From a virus (taxonomy: Duplodnaviria; Caudoviricetes), in the IMG/VR virus record IMGVR_UViG_2974782369_000001, positions 1 to 64,000 of that record: DNA of 64,000 nucleotides; one strand, 5' to 3'. Below the pieces are notes generated by a model. It made no database searches, was not told where the DNA came from, and worked only from the letters and a program-made list of their open reading frames with translations. Numbering within the stretch: position 1 is the stretch's first letter; each line of letters begins with the position of its first letter. Made by a program: the position numbers and the translations under genes. This document shows, in pieces, positions 9,584-18,338 of this stretch.

Positions 9584-12136
9584 TTAAACGTCAAATGGGT
9601 TGCCATATGCTTCTACAGCAGCAGCATATGTATTTGTTGCTTTAGTAAGATTATTTAGAATAGTCATACTACCAGAAGCACTCCAATTATCACATCCTGG
9701 ACCAAGCATAGGACTTAGTGTATAAGAATAACTGTAGGTGACCGTTTCCGTCTGCTCTACGCCGTTTTCGTCCTCATAGGTTTCCTCCTCATCATTAGTG
9801 GTCGCAGCAGACCCTGCAGGGGGCGGGCAGAGGTTTACAGGAGGGTTTGCGGTTGGATCATACAAATGATCACACCCACTTTCAGCAACATTACACGATA
9901 GAGAAATTGAAATAGAAGTTTCTCTCTGAGAATCGGCACGATACTGATTGATCAAATACTTTGTATATGTTGATGCTTTAGGCAATTCAACAAATCTACG
10001 CATAGTAGTTTCAATTTTTGTTGCTGGATAGGAAGCAAAATCGGGGACTTTATTTTGTGTCAATGCATCAAAGTGTGTATCTAGTTGAGAATTAACATTT
10101 ACTTCGAGATCGCTCCTCATTTGACGAAAATCTTCAGACAATGGCGCGTCTTTTGGTGAAGGAAACTTATACTCATCGTAAGTTTCCTTCAATTTATCGA
10201 CTTTTGCCTGCTTATACAATCTTTGTGGCAAAGGTAAGCGCGTATCTTGATCTGGATCCGTAATAAATCCACCATTATTAGTAACTCTAGTCAGATTTAT
10301 GGGTTCATACTGCTCCAAACGTTTTTGATTTGCTTCAATGTAGTCAGGATTCTGCAATAGATCATTAAAATGACCACTATCACGCAAATTATCAAGATAT
10401 GCATCAACTTCTCCCGCTTCTTTAGTCATGCCAGGACTAATTTCTTCGGTCACAGTGCCATATTGATTCCTAACCCAGATTTGGGGAGGCTCGGATGTGG
10501 AATATCCGCTACCTTTACTTAAAATATTGACTTCTGTGAGCACACCAGCGGTAAAAACACCCTCCACCACTGCCTGTTTTCCGCTTTCTACCAGTGGGGG
10601 ATGGACTGCAAGTAGCAATTTTTGTCCAACTGTATCCCAACCAGACCCACCATCGTTGATAGTTACGCTATCAATCGTGCCATTAGCAAGATTTGCGGTA
10701 ATATCTGGTTGCACAACGGTGTTATATATGTCTGGCGCGGCGGGATCTACTGAATATGTGGAAAATTGAATGGATTTATCCATAAATTCATACAATCCAA
10801 TCAAAGATGCGCGGTCAGGAATGCCAAGTCCCGCAACTACAGTGATAACATGGTTGCGATCTGAGGTATATGAAGCATCTTTTGCAAAATCATTGCCTTC
10901 ACCGTCAAGATAAAGCACATGATATTGGAAATTTTCAATATCTGTATGAAAAGTTTCCGTAATAATATGACCATTAATAGTATCACCAGCACGAAGAATA
11001 TCAAATCCTGGTTGACTACCTACTGCTGAGTAAGGTCCAATGGCAGTAATCTTAAGATCGATCGAAATTGTCGATGTAGATCCACTATTATGAAGGTGAG
11101 TATACGATAAAGTAAACGTATCATTCACCGCATAGTTGAGTCCTGGTTGCATCAACTCCATCAATTCCCAACTTGTGCCAGTCACAACTGCTGGAGATTG
11201 TGTAAAATCGATAACAGGAGTAATTTTGACCTTTACTTTCAGATCTTGCTTGTTACCACTTTCAAAAACAGACCCCTCATAGATGATAATTGTCTCAAAT
11301 TGATCATCTTCACCAACAATCCATGGTGTTTGAGATGTAATAATGGGATCCCCACTATAAGTTTGTTGATCCCAAACGTCCTGATCAATACCATCGGGTG
11401 CATAAACGAAGTTAATATCAACTACGCCGTTTGGTAGAGTAGTAGAAAGTGCATCATAACGAAAAACTACCTTATTACTTGCAGTGCCAACACCAAAAAT
11501 TAGAGGATATGGAGCATCAGGATCTCCAGTTTCATCACCACCAGGAGCAGTGTAACTACATGACGATGAAACTGGTGTGCAAAAGAAACTTTCGCATGGA
11601 ATACAACGGGTAGATGTCTCTTCTACTGTTTCTGCAGTGCCCCCAGGAGGGACAGTTTGCCCTGCAGGTGTGCCACTACGAGTCTGAGTCTCAATACGAT
11701 AGCATGGGGTGCCTACAGTGCCGCCATCAGGTCCCATATCAAACACATAACAAAACCATGTATCACTTTCCATGGTATTGAAAGATAGACCATCTGGTCG
11801 ATAGTCAAAAATAATATTTGCTGTGCCTAAAGACTTTGCATCTTTACCACAAGCAGCAGTTGAGTTTGCATCAAAATCACTATAGGGATTGTAATATGAT
11901 GTATTTCCACCTCTACCAGAAGTAGTATCTTGAATGATCGAAGGATACATTACTGCATTACGAGGTTTCTGATCAATATTTGCATTGTCATACTCTAGAG
12001 GAGGATAAACCTCATAGATTAATACTTTTGCACGATCAGTATCAGCAGGCTGACGACAATCACAATGGTTAGATCCACTTAGACCACCAAATCGTAAGAT
12101 TGTATCGGCAAAACTACCATCGGTATGACAGGACAT
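9584..12136 (-). CDS. Large virion structural protein (850 aa)
   Basis: ORF track; GSGW/GSGY repeats like other cyanophage baseplate/tail proteins; in the late structural block. Confidence 0.7.
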   Translation of the reverse strand: MSCHTDGSFADTILRFGGLSGSNHCDCRQPADTDRAKVLIYEVYPPLEYDNANIDQKPRNAVMYPSIIQDTTSGRGGNTSYYNPYSDFDANSTAACGKDAKSLGTANIIFDYRPDGLSFNTMESDTWFCYVFDMGPDGGTVGTPCYRIETQTRSGTPAGQTVPPGGTAETVEETSTRCIPCESFFCTPVSSSCSYTAPGGDETGDPDAPYPLIFGVGTASNKVVFRYDALSTTLPNGVVDINFVYAPDGIDQDVWDQQTYSGDPIITSQTPWIVGEDDQFETIIIYEGSVFESGNKQDLKVKVKITPVIDFTQSPAVVTGTSWELMELMQPGLNYAVNDTFTLSYTHLHNSGSTSTISIDLKITAIGPYSAVGSQPGFDILRAGDTINGHIITETFHTDIENFQYHVLYLDGEGNDFAKDASYTSDRNHVITVVAGLGIPDRASLIGLYEFMDKSIQFSTYSVDPAAPDIYNTVVQPDITANLANGTIDSVTINDGGSGWDTVGQKLLLAVHPPLVESGKQAVVEGVFTAGVLTEVNILSKGSGYSTSEPPQIWVRNQYGTVTEEISPGMTKEAGEVDAYLDNLRDSGHFNDLLQNPDYIEANQKRLEQYEPINLTRVTNNGGFITDPDQDTRLPLPQRLYKQAKVDKLKETYDEYKFPSPKDAPLSEDFRQMRSDLEVNVNSQLDTHFDALTQNKVPDFASYPATKIETTMRRFVELPKASTYTKYLINQYRADSQRETSISISLSCNVAESGCDHLYDPTANPPVNLCPPPAGSAATTNDEEETYEDENGVEQTETVTYSYSYTLSPMLGPGCDNWSASGSMTILNNLTKATNTYAAAVEAYGNPFDV

Positions 12137-12412
12137 TTAAGTTAGTGACTCCAGTTTTTCTAAACGCTCGTAAATTAAATCTAGATTATCTTTGACAGAC
12201 ATATAATCATGACCGCCAGGGGGCTTATAAGTGACCCTATCAACTGTCTGTAGGTGGTTATGTGCCTCTGCAATTGCACTTACCATCTTCTCGACATCCT
12301 TCAACCGCTTATCAAGTGTCAGTATGCATTCATTAAGTGTCTTAAGTGCTTCACCAATATTAATAAAACGGTCATCAATTTCTTTAATGACTAATTGCTC
12401 TTCTTCAGACAT
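12137..12412 (-). CDS. Hypothetical coiled-coil protein
   Basis: ORF track; heptad pattern; abuts the 850-aa gene. Confidence 0.7.
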   Translation of the reverse strand: MSEEEQLVIKEIDDRFINIGEALKTLNECILTLDKRLKDVEKMVSAIAEAHNHLQTVDRVTYKPPGGHDYMSVKDNLDLIYERLEKLESLT

Positions 12413-12463
12413 ACTTAGAGTAAACGCGGTTGACTGTGGTTTTCGCTGTGGACGCGCTGGGTA

Positions 12464-12631
12464 TTATTCTTCAACTTTCCTGAGAGTAAAACTCCCAGTG
12501 ACATCATCGACCTCGAATTCTAACTCATCTCCGATGGTCCATCCAAGGTCTTCACAGACATCATCAGGAATTGGAAGAATTAATTCACCGAATTCATCCT
12601 CTTCGATAGTGATAGTGAATCTCTTGGACAT
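12464..12631 (-). CDS. AbrB/MazE/SpoVT-like small DNA-binding protein (55 aa)
   Basis: Read manually: MSKRFTITIEEDEFGELILPIPDDVCEDLGWTIGDELEFEVDDVTGSFTLRKVEE; G.L.LPIP......LGW..GD.L pattern. Confidence 0.7.
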   Translation of the reverse strand: MSKRFTITIEEDEFGELILPIPDDVCEDLGWTIGDELEFEVDDVTGSFTLRKVEE

Positions 12632-12634
12632 AGT

Positions 12635-12853
12635 TTACAACCTATTATTAATTTGTGGATTATCTGACGGATTATCTAGTTTCCACTCCTCCCATGCTGC
12701 TAGGACATCATTAGCGTCCTTTGTCAATCCAGCACTGGTGCAGTAGTCAGCACAGGCATAAATGCGAGGATCTAGAAATCCCTCATGCCTCAGAATTACT
12801 TCAAGGCACCAAACACGGTCATCTTGACGGTCTTGGCGAATTTTCCAATCCAT
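12635..12853 (-). CDS. Hypothetical protein
   Basis: ORF track; 3-nt spacing to the next gene. Confidence 0.7.
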   Translation of the reverse strand: MDWKIRQDRQDDRVWCLEVILRHEGFLDPRIYACADYCTSAGLTKDANDVLAAWEEWKLDNPSDNPQINNRL

Positions 12854-13035
12854 AGTAAAAAACCTCTGAGGGCGAAATTTTGCTGGGAAATTTTTTTTAT
12901 ATAGGCTGAAAGTCGATCGATCGTTATATCTCGGTCGCCTGGGAACCTTTGTAGGTTAGGGTAGTGGCCGTTTTTTATATTTAAGGGGGCTAATTTAACT
13001 GCCCAAAGTATACTTTTAAACTGTCGCTAAGTATA

Positions 13036-13063
13036 AAGAAAGGGGGGACGATTAACTCCCCCC
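13036..13063 (-). terminator. Rho-independent terminator closing the early island
   Basis: Minus strand GGGGGGA-GTTAATCG-TCCCCCC followed by TTTCTTT, just after the stop at 13073. Confidence 0.7.
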
Positions 13064-13072
13064 AAGTATAAC

Positions 13073-13240
13073 CTAGAAAGCGATCTCTGTCAAGGTAGGA
13101 GTAGAGATTGCCGCATAATGTGCAGCGCAGTCATTGATGTTTTCTTGAGTAATATCTTCGACGATAGTATCAAGAACCTCCAGCAGTTGATTACCATTAC
13201 CAGCACGATTGAGCAGGGAAAGGATCAGAGACTTGGACAT
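13073..13240 (-). CDS. Small hypothetical protein (55 aa)
   Basis: Read manually: MSKSLILSLLNRAGNGNQLLEVLDTIVEDITQENINDCAAHYAAISTPTLTEIAF. Confidence 0.6.
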   Translation of the reverse strand: MSKSLILSLLNRAGNGNQLLEVLDTIVEDITQENINDCAAHYAAISTPTLTEIAF

Positions 13241-13305
13241 GAGTTTGTGTTAGTTAGTTGGGAAGATTGAGCAGTTTATTGTCATACTCAGGACATTGAG
13301 ATTAA

Positions 13306-13629
13306 TCAGGCGAAGATATAACCGTTGACGAAATCTCTGGTCACATTGTTGTCACGAATATACCACTGAAAGTCTTTCTGAAAGATACCATCAGTGCGAG
13401 AATTGCAAAACTCGTTGATTAAAGAATTCAGACGAGATTTGGTAGTGTTGGATTGCCAACCGCCATCAAAGATCTCCATGAAGTTATCACCGATCGTTGC
13501 AATATGATTGCCGTGGAGATACACTTTAGAGGTGTCATTCTCTTGGATATACTCTACACGAGTGTTAGCAGATTTCCAGTCGATTGACTTGTTAACTGCT
13601 GCAATCATCTGGGTTTCGATCTTACGCAT
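13306..13629 (-). CDS. Hypothetical early protein
   Basis: ORF track; VYLHGNHIA and TTKSRLN motifs; preceded by a promoter cassette. Confidence 0.8.
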   Translation of the reverse strand: MRKIETQMIAAVNKSIDWKSANTRVEYIQENDTSKVYLHGNHIATIGDNFMEIFDGGWQSNTTKSRLNSLINEFCNSRTDGIFQKDFQWYIRDNNVTRDFVNGYIFA

Positions 13630-13659
13630 GACTGAGAGGGTTTGTAGAGTGTTGTGGGG

Positions 13660-13739
13660 GTCTCTCCCCCTGATGTATACAGTATGGCACCCCTAGGGGG
13701 TCTCTGGGGGATTCTGTGGACACTTCCCAGACTGGCACA
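13660..13739 (-). promoter_or_regulatory. Early promoter cassette (palindromic operator, C5 at the -35 position, CATACT -10)
   Basis: Minus strand TGTGCCAGTCTGGGAAGTGTCCAC...CCCCCA...TGCCATACT. Confidence 0.65.
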
Positions 13740-13798
13740 ATTTCTCTTTAGTTTCTCTCTCTAAGTACTCAGATCTCCTTATCAACCCTGACAGTGTT

Positions 13799-13827
13799 AT
13801 TATACACTATTCTCAGAGGATTGTCAA
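13799..13827 (-). promoter_or_regulatory. Consensus sigma70 promoter
   Basis: TTGACA-17 nt-TATAAT exact. Confidence 0.85.
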
Positions 13828-13866
13828 GGGGTTGGAGATACATTCGGAGTCCTTATCTGTGAGGGG

Positions 13867-13895
13867 TTGACTATCGTTAGGAAACGTGCTAAGAC
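13867..13895 (+). promoter_or_regulatory. Divergent sigma70-like promoter pointing into the DnaA-box cluster
   Basis: TTGACT-17 nt-TAAGAC with TG in the extended -10 position; no clear downstream gene. Confidence 0.4.
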
Positions 13896-13961
13896 TACTA
13901 TTCACGAAGACATTTCTCGAAGCATTAAACACTCAACCATGTTTTTTTAACCATTTATTAG

Positions 13962-14088
13962 TTTTCCGCAATTTCCACAACTTTATACTTTTCTGTGGAA
14001 AAACTCTGTGGAAAAGTATCTTAACTGTTTCTCTGAGAGTGATAACAATGTAAGACAATTCCTCTCTCTTTGTTGTTACTGTGGAAAA
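13962..14088. promoter_or_regulatory. Cluster of DnaA-box-like 9-mers (TTTTCCACA)
   Basis: Perfect copies on the minus strand at 13994-14002, 14007-14015 and 14080-14088; one-mismatch copies on the plus strand at 13962-13970 and 13971-13979. Confidence 0.55.
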
Positions 14089-14089
14089 C

Positions 14090-14329
14090 TTACTTCTGTC
14101 CTTCATGCTCTACATCCTTCCAATCGTGTGCATAACATAAGACACAAACTCTCTCTGTTTGATGTAGACAATAGGGATCATCTTTTGTGTAAGAGCAGAC
14201 ACAAATAGTGATGTAATCGTCACAGATAAAATTAACGAATCCCTCTGTATCTTTCCACTTAACGTGCTCTCCTACAGTGAAAGAAGTTGTTGGAGTGGGT
14301 TTAACTTGGGTGGGTGCATTGCTGTCCAT
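14090..14329 (-). CDS. Hypothetical protein
   Basis: ORF track; G.V.FICDDYITIC motif. Confidence 0.65.
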   Translation of the reverse strand: MDSNAPTQVKPTPTTSFTVGEHVKWKDTEGFVNFICDDYITICVCSYTKDDPYCLHQTERVCVLCYAHDWKDVEHEGQK

Positions 14330-14592
14330 TTCGTTGTCAGTGAAGGATCAATGATTGTGCCTGGTTTCTTACTGTTTATAGGGGAGTGAATTGCCCCAGA
14401 CTTTCTATCTATGAATCCCCAAATTGTCTGCACTCTTTCTGTTGTATATTGATATTTGTTTGGTGGATGAATTAACCAAACTGCATCAAACTTTTTATTG
14501 AATTGTGTTACTGTGTAGTGATAGTCTTTCGGGGGTTTGTGTAATCGAAACTTAACTACATCCGCAATCGTTTGTTTCATTATCTTGGGCAA
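14272..14592 (-). CDS. Hypothetical protein (start uncertain, probably about 14580)
   Basis: ORF track; TIWGF...HSPINSKKPG motif. Confidence 0.7.
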   Translation of the reverse strand: MPKIMKQTIADVVKFRLHKPPKDYHYTVTQFNKKFDAVWLIHPPNKYQYTTERVQTIWGFIDRKSGAIHSPINSKKPGTIIDPSLTTKWTAMHPPKLNPLQQLLSL

Positions 14593-14908
14593 AGTGTGGG
14601 TGTTGATGCTCCTCAGGTAATTTTTCTACTTGTAACTGTGCCATGCTCTTTTGCATCTCTTCAGATGATAGATCTGGCAACTTTGTGTCCAGTGGTGTAA
14701 AGTTACCGAGCAGACTTTGATTATACAACACCTTGGAATCTATCACCTCCTTGGTGTTAGTGTAAGAGGTAAAAGTGTCCACCTGACGTTGTAACTCTGC
14801 CTCGATCGCTGTAATGTAACTAGTGAGGAAACTTTCTGACTGGTTACCACTTAGCGATGCTTTTAATTCATTCACTAACTCCAATGATTTGGTCAATTCT
14901 TTTATCAT
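14552..14908 (-). CDS. Hypothetical protein
   Basis: ORF track; part of a tightly packed operon. Confidence 0.6.
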   Translation of the reverse strand: MIKELTKSLELVNELKASLSGNQSESFLTSYITAIEAELQRQVDTFTSYTNTKEVIDSKVLYNQSLLGNFTPLDTKLPDLSSEEMQKSMAQLQVEKLPEEHQHPHFAQDNETNDCGCS

Positions 14909-14909
14909 T

Positions 14910-15146
14910 TTATGCTCCTTCGGTAGTGTTATTTAACAGGGGCAATAGATTGACCAAAGTATCCTCATCATACAAATCTACAATCTCTTCAGTAATCTCA
15001 TCCCACGTCATCTTCTCATACTCACGTTGTAACAAATCAAACAACATGCACTCCATATCTTTATAGTCAAGACCATCAATGATGGACATGACATAATTCT
15101 CAACCAGTTGCTCTAGATCTTTTTGATTGGGAGATTGTTGGGTCAT
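14910..15146 (-). CDS. Small acidic hypothetical protein
   Basis: ORF track; D/E-rich. Confidence 0.7.
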   Translation of the reverse strand: MTQQSPNQKDLEQLVENYVMSIIDGLDYKDMECMLFDLLQREYEKMTWDEITEEIVDLYDEDTLVNLLPLLNNTTEGA

Positions 15147-15150
15147 GATG

Positions 15151-15321
15151 TTAAACAGTAGCAGGGGCGAGAGTAACAGTAACGCGGTGAATGTTTAATC
15201 CTGAGAGTTGCTCACCTACACGTTTGCAGATAGCATCAGTGGGATTCTTTAGGCGAGTCTTTTCATACCAAATAGTGCGACATTCGTCGTAGGTTTCAAC
15301 TTCAATACGTACGGTTTGCAT
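15151..15321 (-). CDS. Small hypothetical protein (56 aa)
   Basis: Read manually: MQTVRIEVETYDECRTIWYEKTRLKNPTDAICKRVGEQLSGLNIHRVTVTLAPATV; start overlaps the upstream stop. Confidence 0.6.
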   Translation of the reverse strand: MQTVRIEVETYDECRTIWYEKTRLKNPTDAICKRVGEQLSGLNIHRVTVTLAPATV

Positions 15322-15503
15322 CAGTAACGGATGTTAAATTGGGGATCGGGACGAATCATCTCAGAGGCATCATTCAGACGGTCAGAGATAAAGAATCGTG
15401 CATCCTTTGATTGATAGATAAGGACGCCAATCAGGATGAGAAGAAGAACTTTCACTTGGTTTGCGAAGTAGTTAGCGGAGCGACGTTTTGTGAGTGCTTT
15501 CAT
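15321..15503 (-). CDS. Small membrane protein
   Basis: ORF track; hydrophobic stretch VLLLILIGVLIY. Confidence 0.6.
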   Translation of the reverse strand: MKALTKRRSANYFANQVKVLLLILIGVLIYQSKDARFFISDRLNDASEMIRPDPQFNIRY

Positions 15504-15505
15504 TA

Positions 15506-15697
15506 TCAGAAAGGGTTGGACCAGTTAAATGCTTGAGAGTTGGAAACATAACCTTCTTTGTTGAGAGAATCAACAAAGTTATTCCATGCTTCACGCTTCA
15601 TAACTGTGTCGCCTTTGATGTTAGGATTGCTGATAGATTCAACTTTCCAAACATAACGAAATTGGGAAAGTGCTTGTGCTTTGGTGATGGTCCGCAT
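15506..15697 (-). CDS. Hypothetical early protein (start MRTITKAQ)
   Basis: ORF track trimmed to the ATG after the cassette leader. Confidence 0.7.
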   Translation of the reverse strand: MRTITKAQALSQFRYVWKVESISNPNIKGDTVMKREAWNNFVDSLNKEGYVSNSQAFNWSNPF

Positions 15698-15707
15698 GGT
15701 GTGAATC

Positions 15708-15780
15708 CCTTTGACTCTTATAGAATACACGAGATTGGGGCACTTTCAACCGATAGTGTGCCACTTAGTTGACTGGCACA
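15708..15780 (-). promoter_or_regulatory. Early promoter cassette
   Basis: TGTGCCAGTCAACTAAGTGGCACACTATCGGTTGAAA-17-TATTCT-ATAAGAGTCAAAGG; near-identical to 21485-21560. Confidence 0.75.
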
Positions 15781-15783
15781 ATT

Positions 15784-15948
15784 TTACTTTCTAAACTTCG
15801 CGCAAACGTCATCATAGGATGCACCTACAGGGATAGATTTGCAGAATCGTTGCATCTTTGAATCCTGCATTTTGTTGACGGAATCAATAGCGGAGACACC
15901 AATCATGCCACCGATGACAAGAACCAAACCAGCGAGTGCGAATCTCAT
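15784..15948 (-). CDS. Small secreted or membrane protein (54 aa)
   Basis: Read manually: MRFALAGLVLVIGGMIGVSAIDSVNKMQDSKMQRFCKSIPVGASYDDVCAKFRK. Confidence 0.6.
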   Translation of the reverse strand: MRFALAGLVLVIGGMIGVSAIDSVNKMQDSKMQRFCKSIPVGASYDDVCAKFRK

Positions 15949-15956
15949 GATGTTAA

Positions 15957-16139
15957 TCAGTAGCGTGAATCGGTCATGAATTGACGATAGACTTGGGCAA
16001 CTTCTTCCCAGTGATAATCTTTCAGATCACCACACATGCTTTCCATGTAGTCATAAACCATGCCCCAATCTGCATCGCTAGATTTAATGAAATTGGGGAG
16101 AGTTTTGAGTGCAGAGTTAAACATTGAGTTTGAAATCAT
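15957..16139 (-). CDS. Hypothetical protein
   Basis: ORF track. Confidence 0.6.
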   Translation of the reverse strand: MISNSMFNSALKTLPNFIKSSDADWGMVYDYMESMCGDLKDYHWEEVAQVYRQFMTDSRY

Positions 16140-16201
16140 TTGTTGAGAGGTGTGAAAAACCAGAGAATGATGAGGGCACCGAGTATAACTGTTGTCATCG
16201 A

Positions 16202-16381
16202 TTACAGTCCGTTGAGAAAGTCATGGAGTGCCTCATCATACTCCTCTTGAGTATCAAAAATGCGACCATGAATGTTAAGGGGAAAAGTCTTCTTAACACC
16301 CGCAGATGCTACCACTCGGCAGTCTGCTTCATCGTAACCCATTTCGACGAGAGTTGCAACGTAGGGATTGTGAATTGTCAT
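16202..16381 (-). CDS. Hypothetical protein (start MTIHNPY)
   Basis: ORF track, trimmed to the likely ATG. Confidence 0.65.
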   Translation of the reverse strand: MTIHNPYVATLVEMGYDEADCRVVASAGVKKTFPLNIHGRIFDTQEEYDEALHDFLNGL

Positions 16382-16428
16382 CAGTTTGTTATCAGTTTGA
16401 AGTGCGATTGTGCAGGGGTCAGAATACA

Positions 16429-16650
16429 TCAGGCAGCGATTCCATTCTCATTAGCAACTTGCTCCCATGCATTGTAAAACATATCCCAAGCAGCATCATC
16501 AGCAACGAAAGAGTGAATATCTGCCTTCTCGCAGATGTAATCGTAGCACATATCTACGTCGGGATTCATCTCATAGAAGAATCCAGTCATGCTCTCGATT
16601 GCATCAACAAAGGCAGAATCTTCGATGAGAGATTGGAAAGCGTTTTTCAT
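16429..16650 (-). CDS. Small acidic hypothetical protein
   Basis: ORF track; directly after a cassette. Confidence 0.7.
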   Translation of the reverse strand: MKNAFQSLIEDSAFVDAIESMTGFFYEMNPDVDMCYDYICEKADIHSFVADDAAWDMFYNAWEQVANENGIAA

Positions 16651-16654
16651 GGTG

Positions 16655-16731
16655 TTTCGTTTGATTGATCTTAGTATGGCACGGATCGGGGCGCTTTGGG
16701 GGAAATGGTGTGCGCTTTGCTGACTGTCACA
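16655..16731 (-). promoter_or_regulatory. Early promoter cassette (C5 class)
   Basis: GTGACAGTCAGCAAAGCGCACAC...CCCCCA...TGCCATACT. Confidence 0.6.
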
Positions 16732-16918
16732 CCTCCGCTAATTTATACTTTTTGATGTCACGAATTACCTGCTTCCAAGCATAATTATCCGATGGAGTTT
16801 TTGAGGTTGAGAGTTTTTTCTGTGTGGTTTCGTGAATCCAAATGTTATGCTTTCCTGTGGATCTGTAGAATACAAATCCCTCAGATTTGAGGTGCTTTTG
16901 TAACTCTCGGGGTTTCAT
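16727..16918 (-). CDS. HicA-like (dsRBD-fold mRNA interferase family) protein
   Basis: MKPRELQKHLKSEGFVFYRSTGKHNIWIH matches the HicA K..E+.+.L...GF...R..G.H..+.H pattern; ATG at 16918 follows the cassette leader. Confidence 0.7.
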   Translation of the reverse strand: MKPRELQKHLKSEGFVFYRSTGKHNIWIHETTQKKLSTSKTPSDNYAWKQVIRDIKKYKLAEV

Positions 16919-16921
16919 GGT

Positions 16922-17000
16922 GTTTCCCTTTGACTCTCTTAGAATACACGAGTTCGAGAGCATTTCAAGCAAAAGTGGACACCTTGCGGGGTGTCACACT
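16922..17000 (-). promoter_or_regulatory. Early promoter cassette
   Basis: GTGTGACACCCCGCAAGGTGTCCAC...TTGAAA...CTCGTGTATTCT-AAGAGAGTCAAAGGG. Confidence 0.7.
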
Positions 17001-17016
17001 TTCTCTTTACTTTGCA

Positions 17017-18255
17017 TCAGCAATATGCGAGAGGTGGAATACCTTCCATAAAGATCTGATTGACAACATTCTGCAAACGTGCAGCGATAGCGTTACCCAT
17101 CTTGTAACCTGTAGGCATAGTCACAATGCCCTCAGATTTGCGATAAAGGTGAAACGCACCAGCAGGAATACGACCCTCAGCAACAGCAGCACGGTCATCT
17201 TTGTGGACACGGATAACACGACCGATTGTCTGTGCCATCTCAATGATGGGCAAATTACGCAGCAGAATAGTATGCGTCAGACCAGGCACATTGATGCCCT
17301 CAGAGAGAATCGAATAGTGGAAGATTACAAACTTCTTGCTATCATCAGCACCCCACGATTGCAGCGTGGTGAAAAACTCTTCACGACCAACTTTCTTGTC
17401 GTTGATGATAGCACCAAACTTGCTGGTGATATGCATCACGTCGTAACCTTTACGATAGAAATACTCCAGAATGTCAGTCTGTCCGAGCATGTTACCCAGC
17501 ACCTTAGAAGATGGTGCAGCAACCAAAACTTTAGGGTTTTGGAATACATCGAGTTGCTCAAACATATCCTTCAGATTGTCAGCATCAACCTCGTGTGCGT
17601 TATGCTTAGTGCGGGTGCGATTAGTCTCGAAAGGGACAATCTTAGGGGGCACGATTGCACCAGCAGCGATCAACTCTTGTGCCTTAACATTCTCAAGCAC
17701 ACCACCCCAAACCTCGCTATTATTCATGCCGCGAGCAACACTCACACCACGCCCAGTGCGCGGGGTTGCAGTAAAATAGTAGCGACGTTTGGCATACTTA
17801 GCGGTGGCAAATACAGCACCAAAGAAAGCACGACCGCAACCATTGTGTGCTTCGTCGAAATAAATGGTATCAATATCGATGCCGCTATCTACAACGCGGG
17901 GCAAAGAATGATAAGTGGTGAATATAATGCAGGACTCAGATGCTGCTCGCGCAGTGTTAGCGAAGAGAGCAATCTTTTCGGGTTTGGTGGTGCTGAAGTA
18001 GTGAGTTTCACCGCTATGGACATGCATAACATGCGTCCAAGTTGCAGACACAAACTCCATAAACTCTTCGCACAGTTGGTTAGCGAGAAGAATACGCGGA
18101 GCAACAACAACTGTGGTGCTACCTTGTGCAGCACGAGCGAGACAATCTGCGATCATGATGTAAGTTTTGCCACCACCAGTGGGCACAATAATCTGACCAC
18201 AATCGTGCTTCTGCATTGCATCGAAAGCACGTTGTTGATGGGGACGGAGTTGCAT
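17017..18255 (-). CDS. Superfamily 2 DEAD/DEAH-like helicase
   Basis: Q-motif LRPHQ, Walker A PTGGGKT, DEAH, TAT, LSEGINVP and QTIGRVIR motifs. Confidence 0.9.
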   Translation of the reverse strand: MQLRPHQQRAFDAMQKHDCGQIIVPTGGGKTYIMIADCLARAAQGSTTVVVAPRILLANQLCEEFMEFVSATWTHVMHVHSGETHYFSTTKPEKIALFANTARAASESCIIFTTYHSLPRVVDSGIDIDTIYFDEAHNGCGRAFFGAVFATAKYAKRRYYFTATPRTGRGVSVARGMNNSEVWGGVLENVKAQELIAAGAIVPPKIVPFETNRTRTKHNAHEVDADNLKDMFEQLDVFQNPKVLVAAPSSKVLGNMLGQTDILEYFYRKGYDVMHITSKFGAIINDKKVGREEFFTTLQSWGADDSKKFVIFHYSILSEGINVPGLTHTILLRNLPIIEMAQTIGRVIRVHKDDRAAVAEGRIPAGAFHLYRKSEGIVTMPTGYKMGNAIAARLQNVVNQIFMEGIPPLAYC

Positions 18256-18269
18256 AACGAAACTTGAGT

Positions 18270-18335
18270 ATGATTAAGTATTGCACAGATCCCTGTGCTT
18301 GTCAAGCGTATTGTGCAGGTTGTACTAGTGGCACA
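18270..18335 (-). promoter_or_regulatory. Early promoter cassette
   Basis: TGTGCCACTAGTACAACCTGCACA...TTGACA-17-AATACT, with a GCACAG/CTGTGC inverted repeat in the spacer. Confidence 0.65.
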
Positions 18336-18338
18336 TCG

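Noticed and set aside
16930-18267. 445-aa plus-strand ORF
   Set aside because: Codon-aligned antisense shadow of the SF2 helicase; no recognisable motifs, promoter or RBS.
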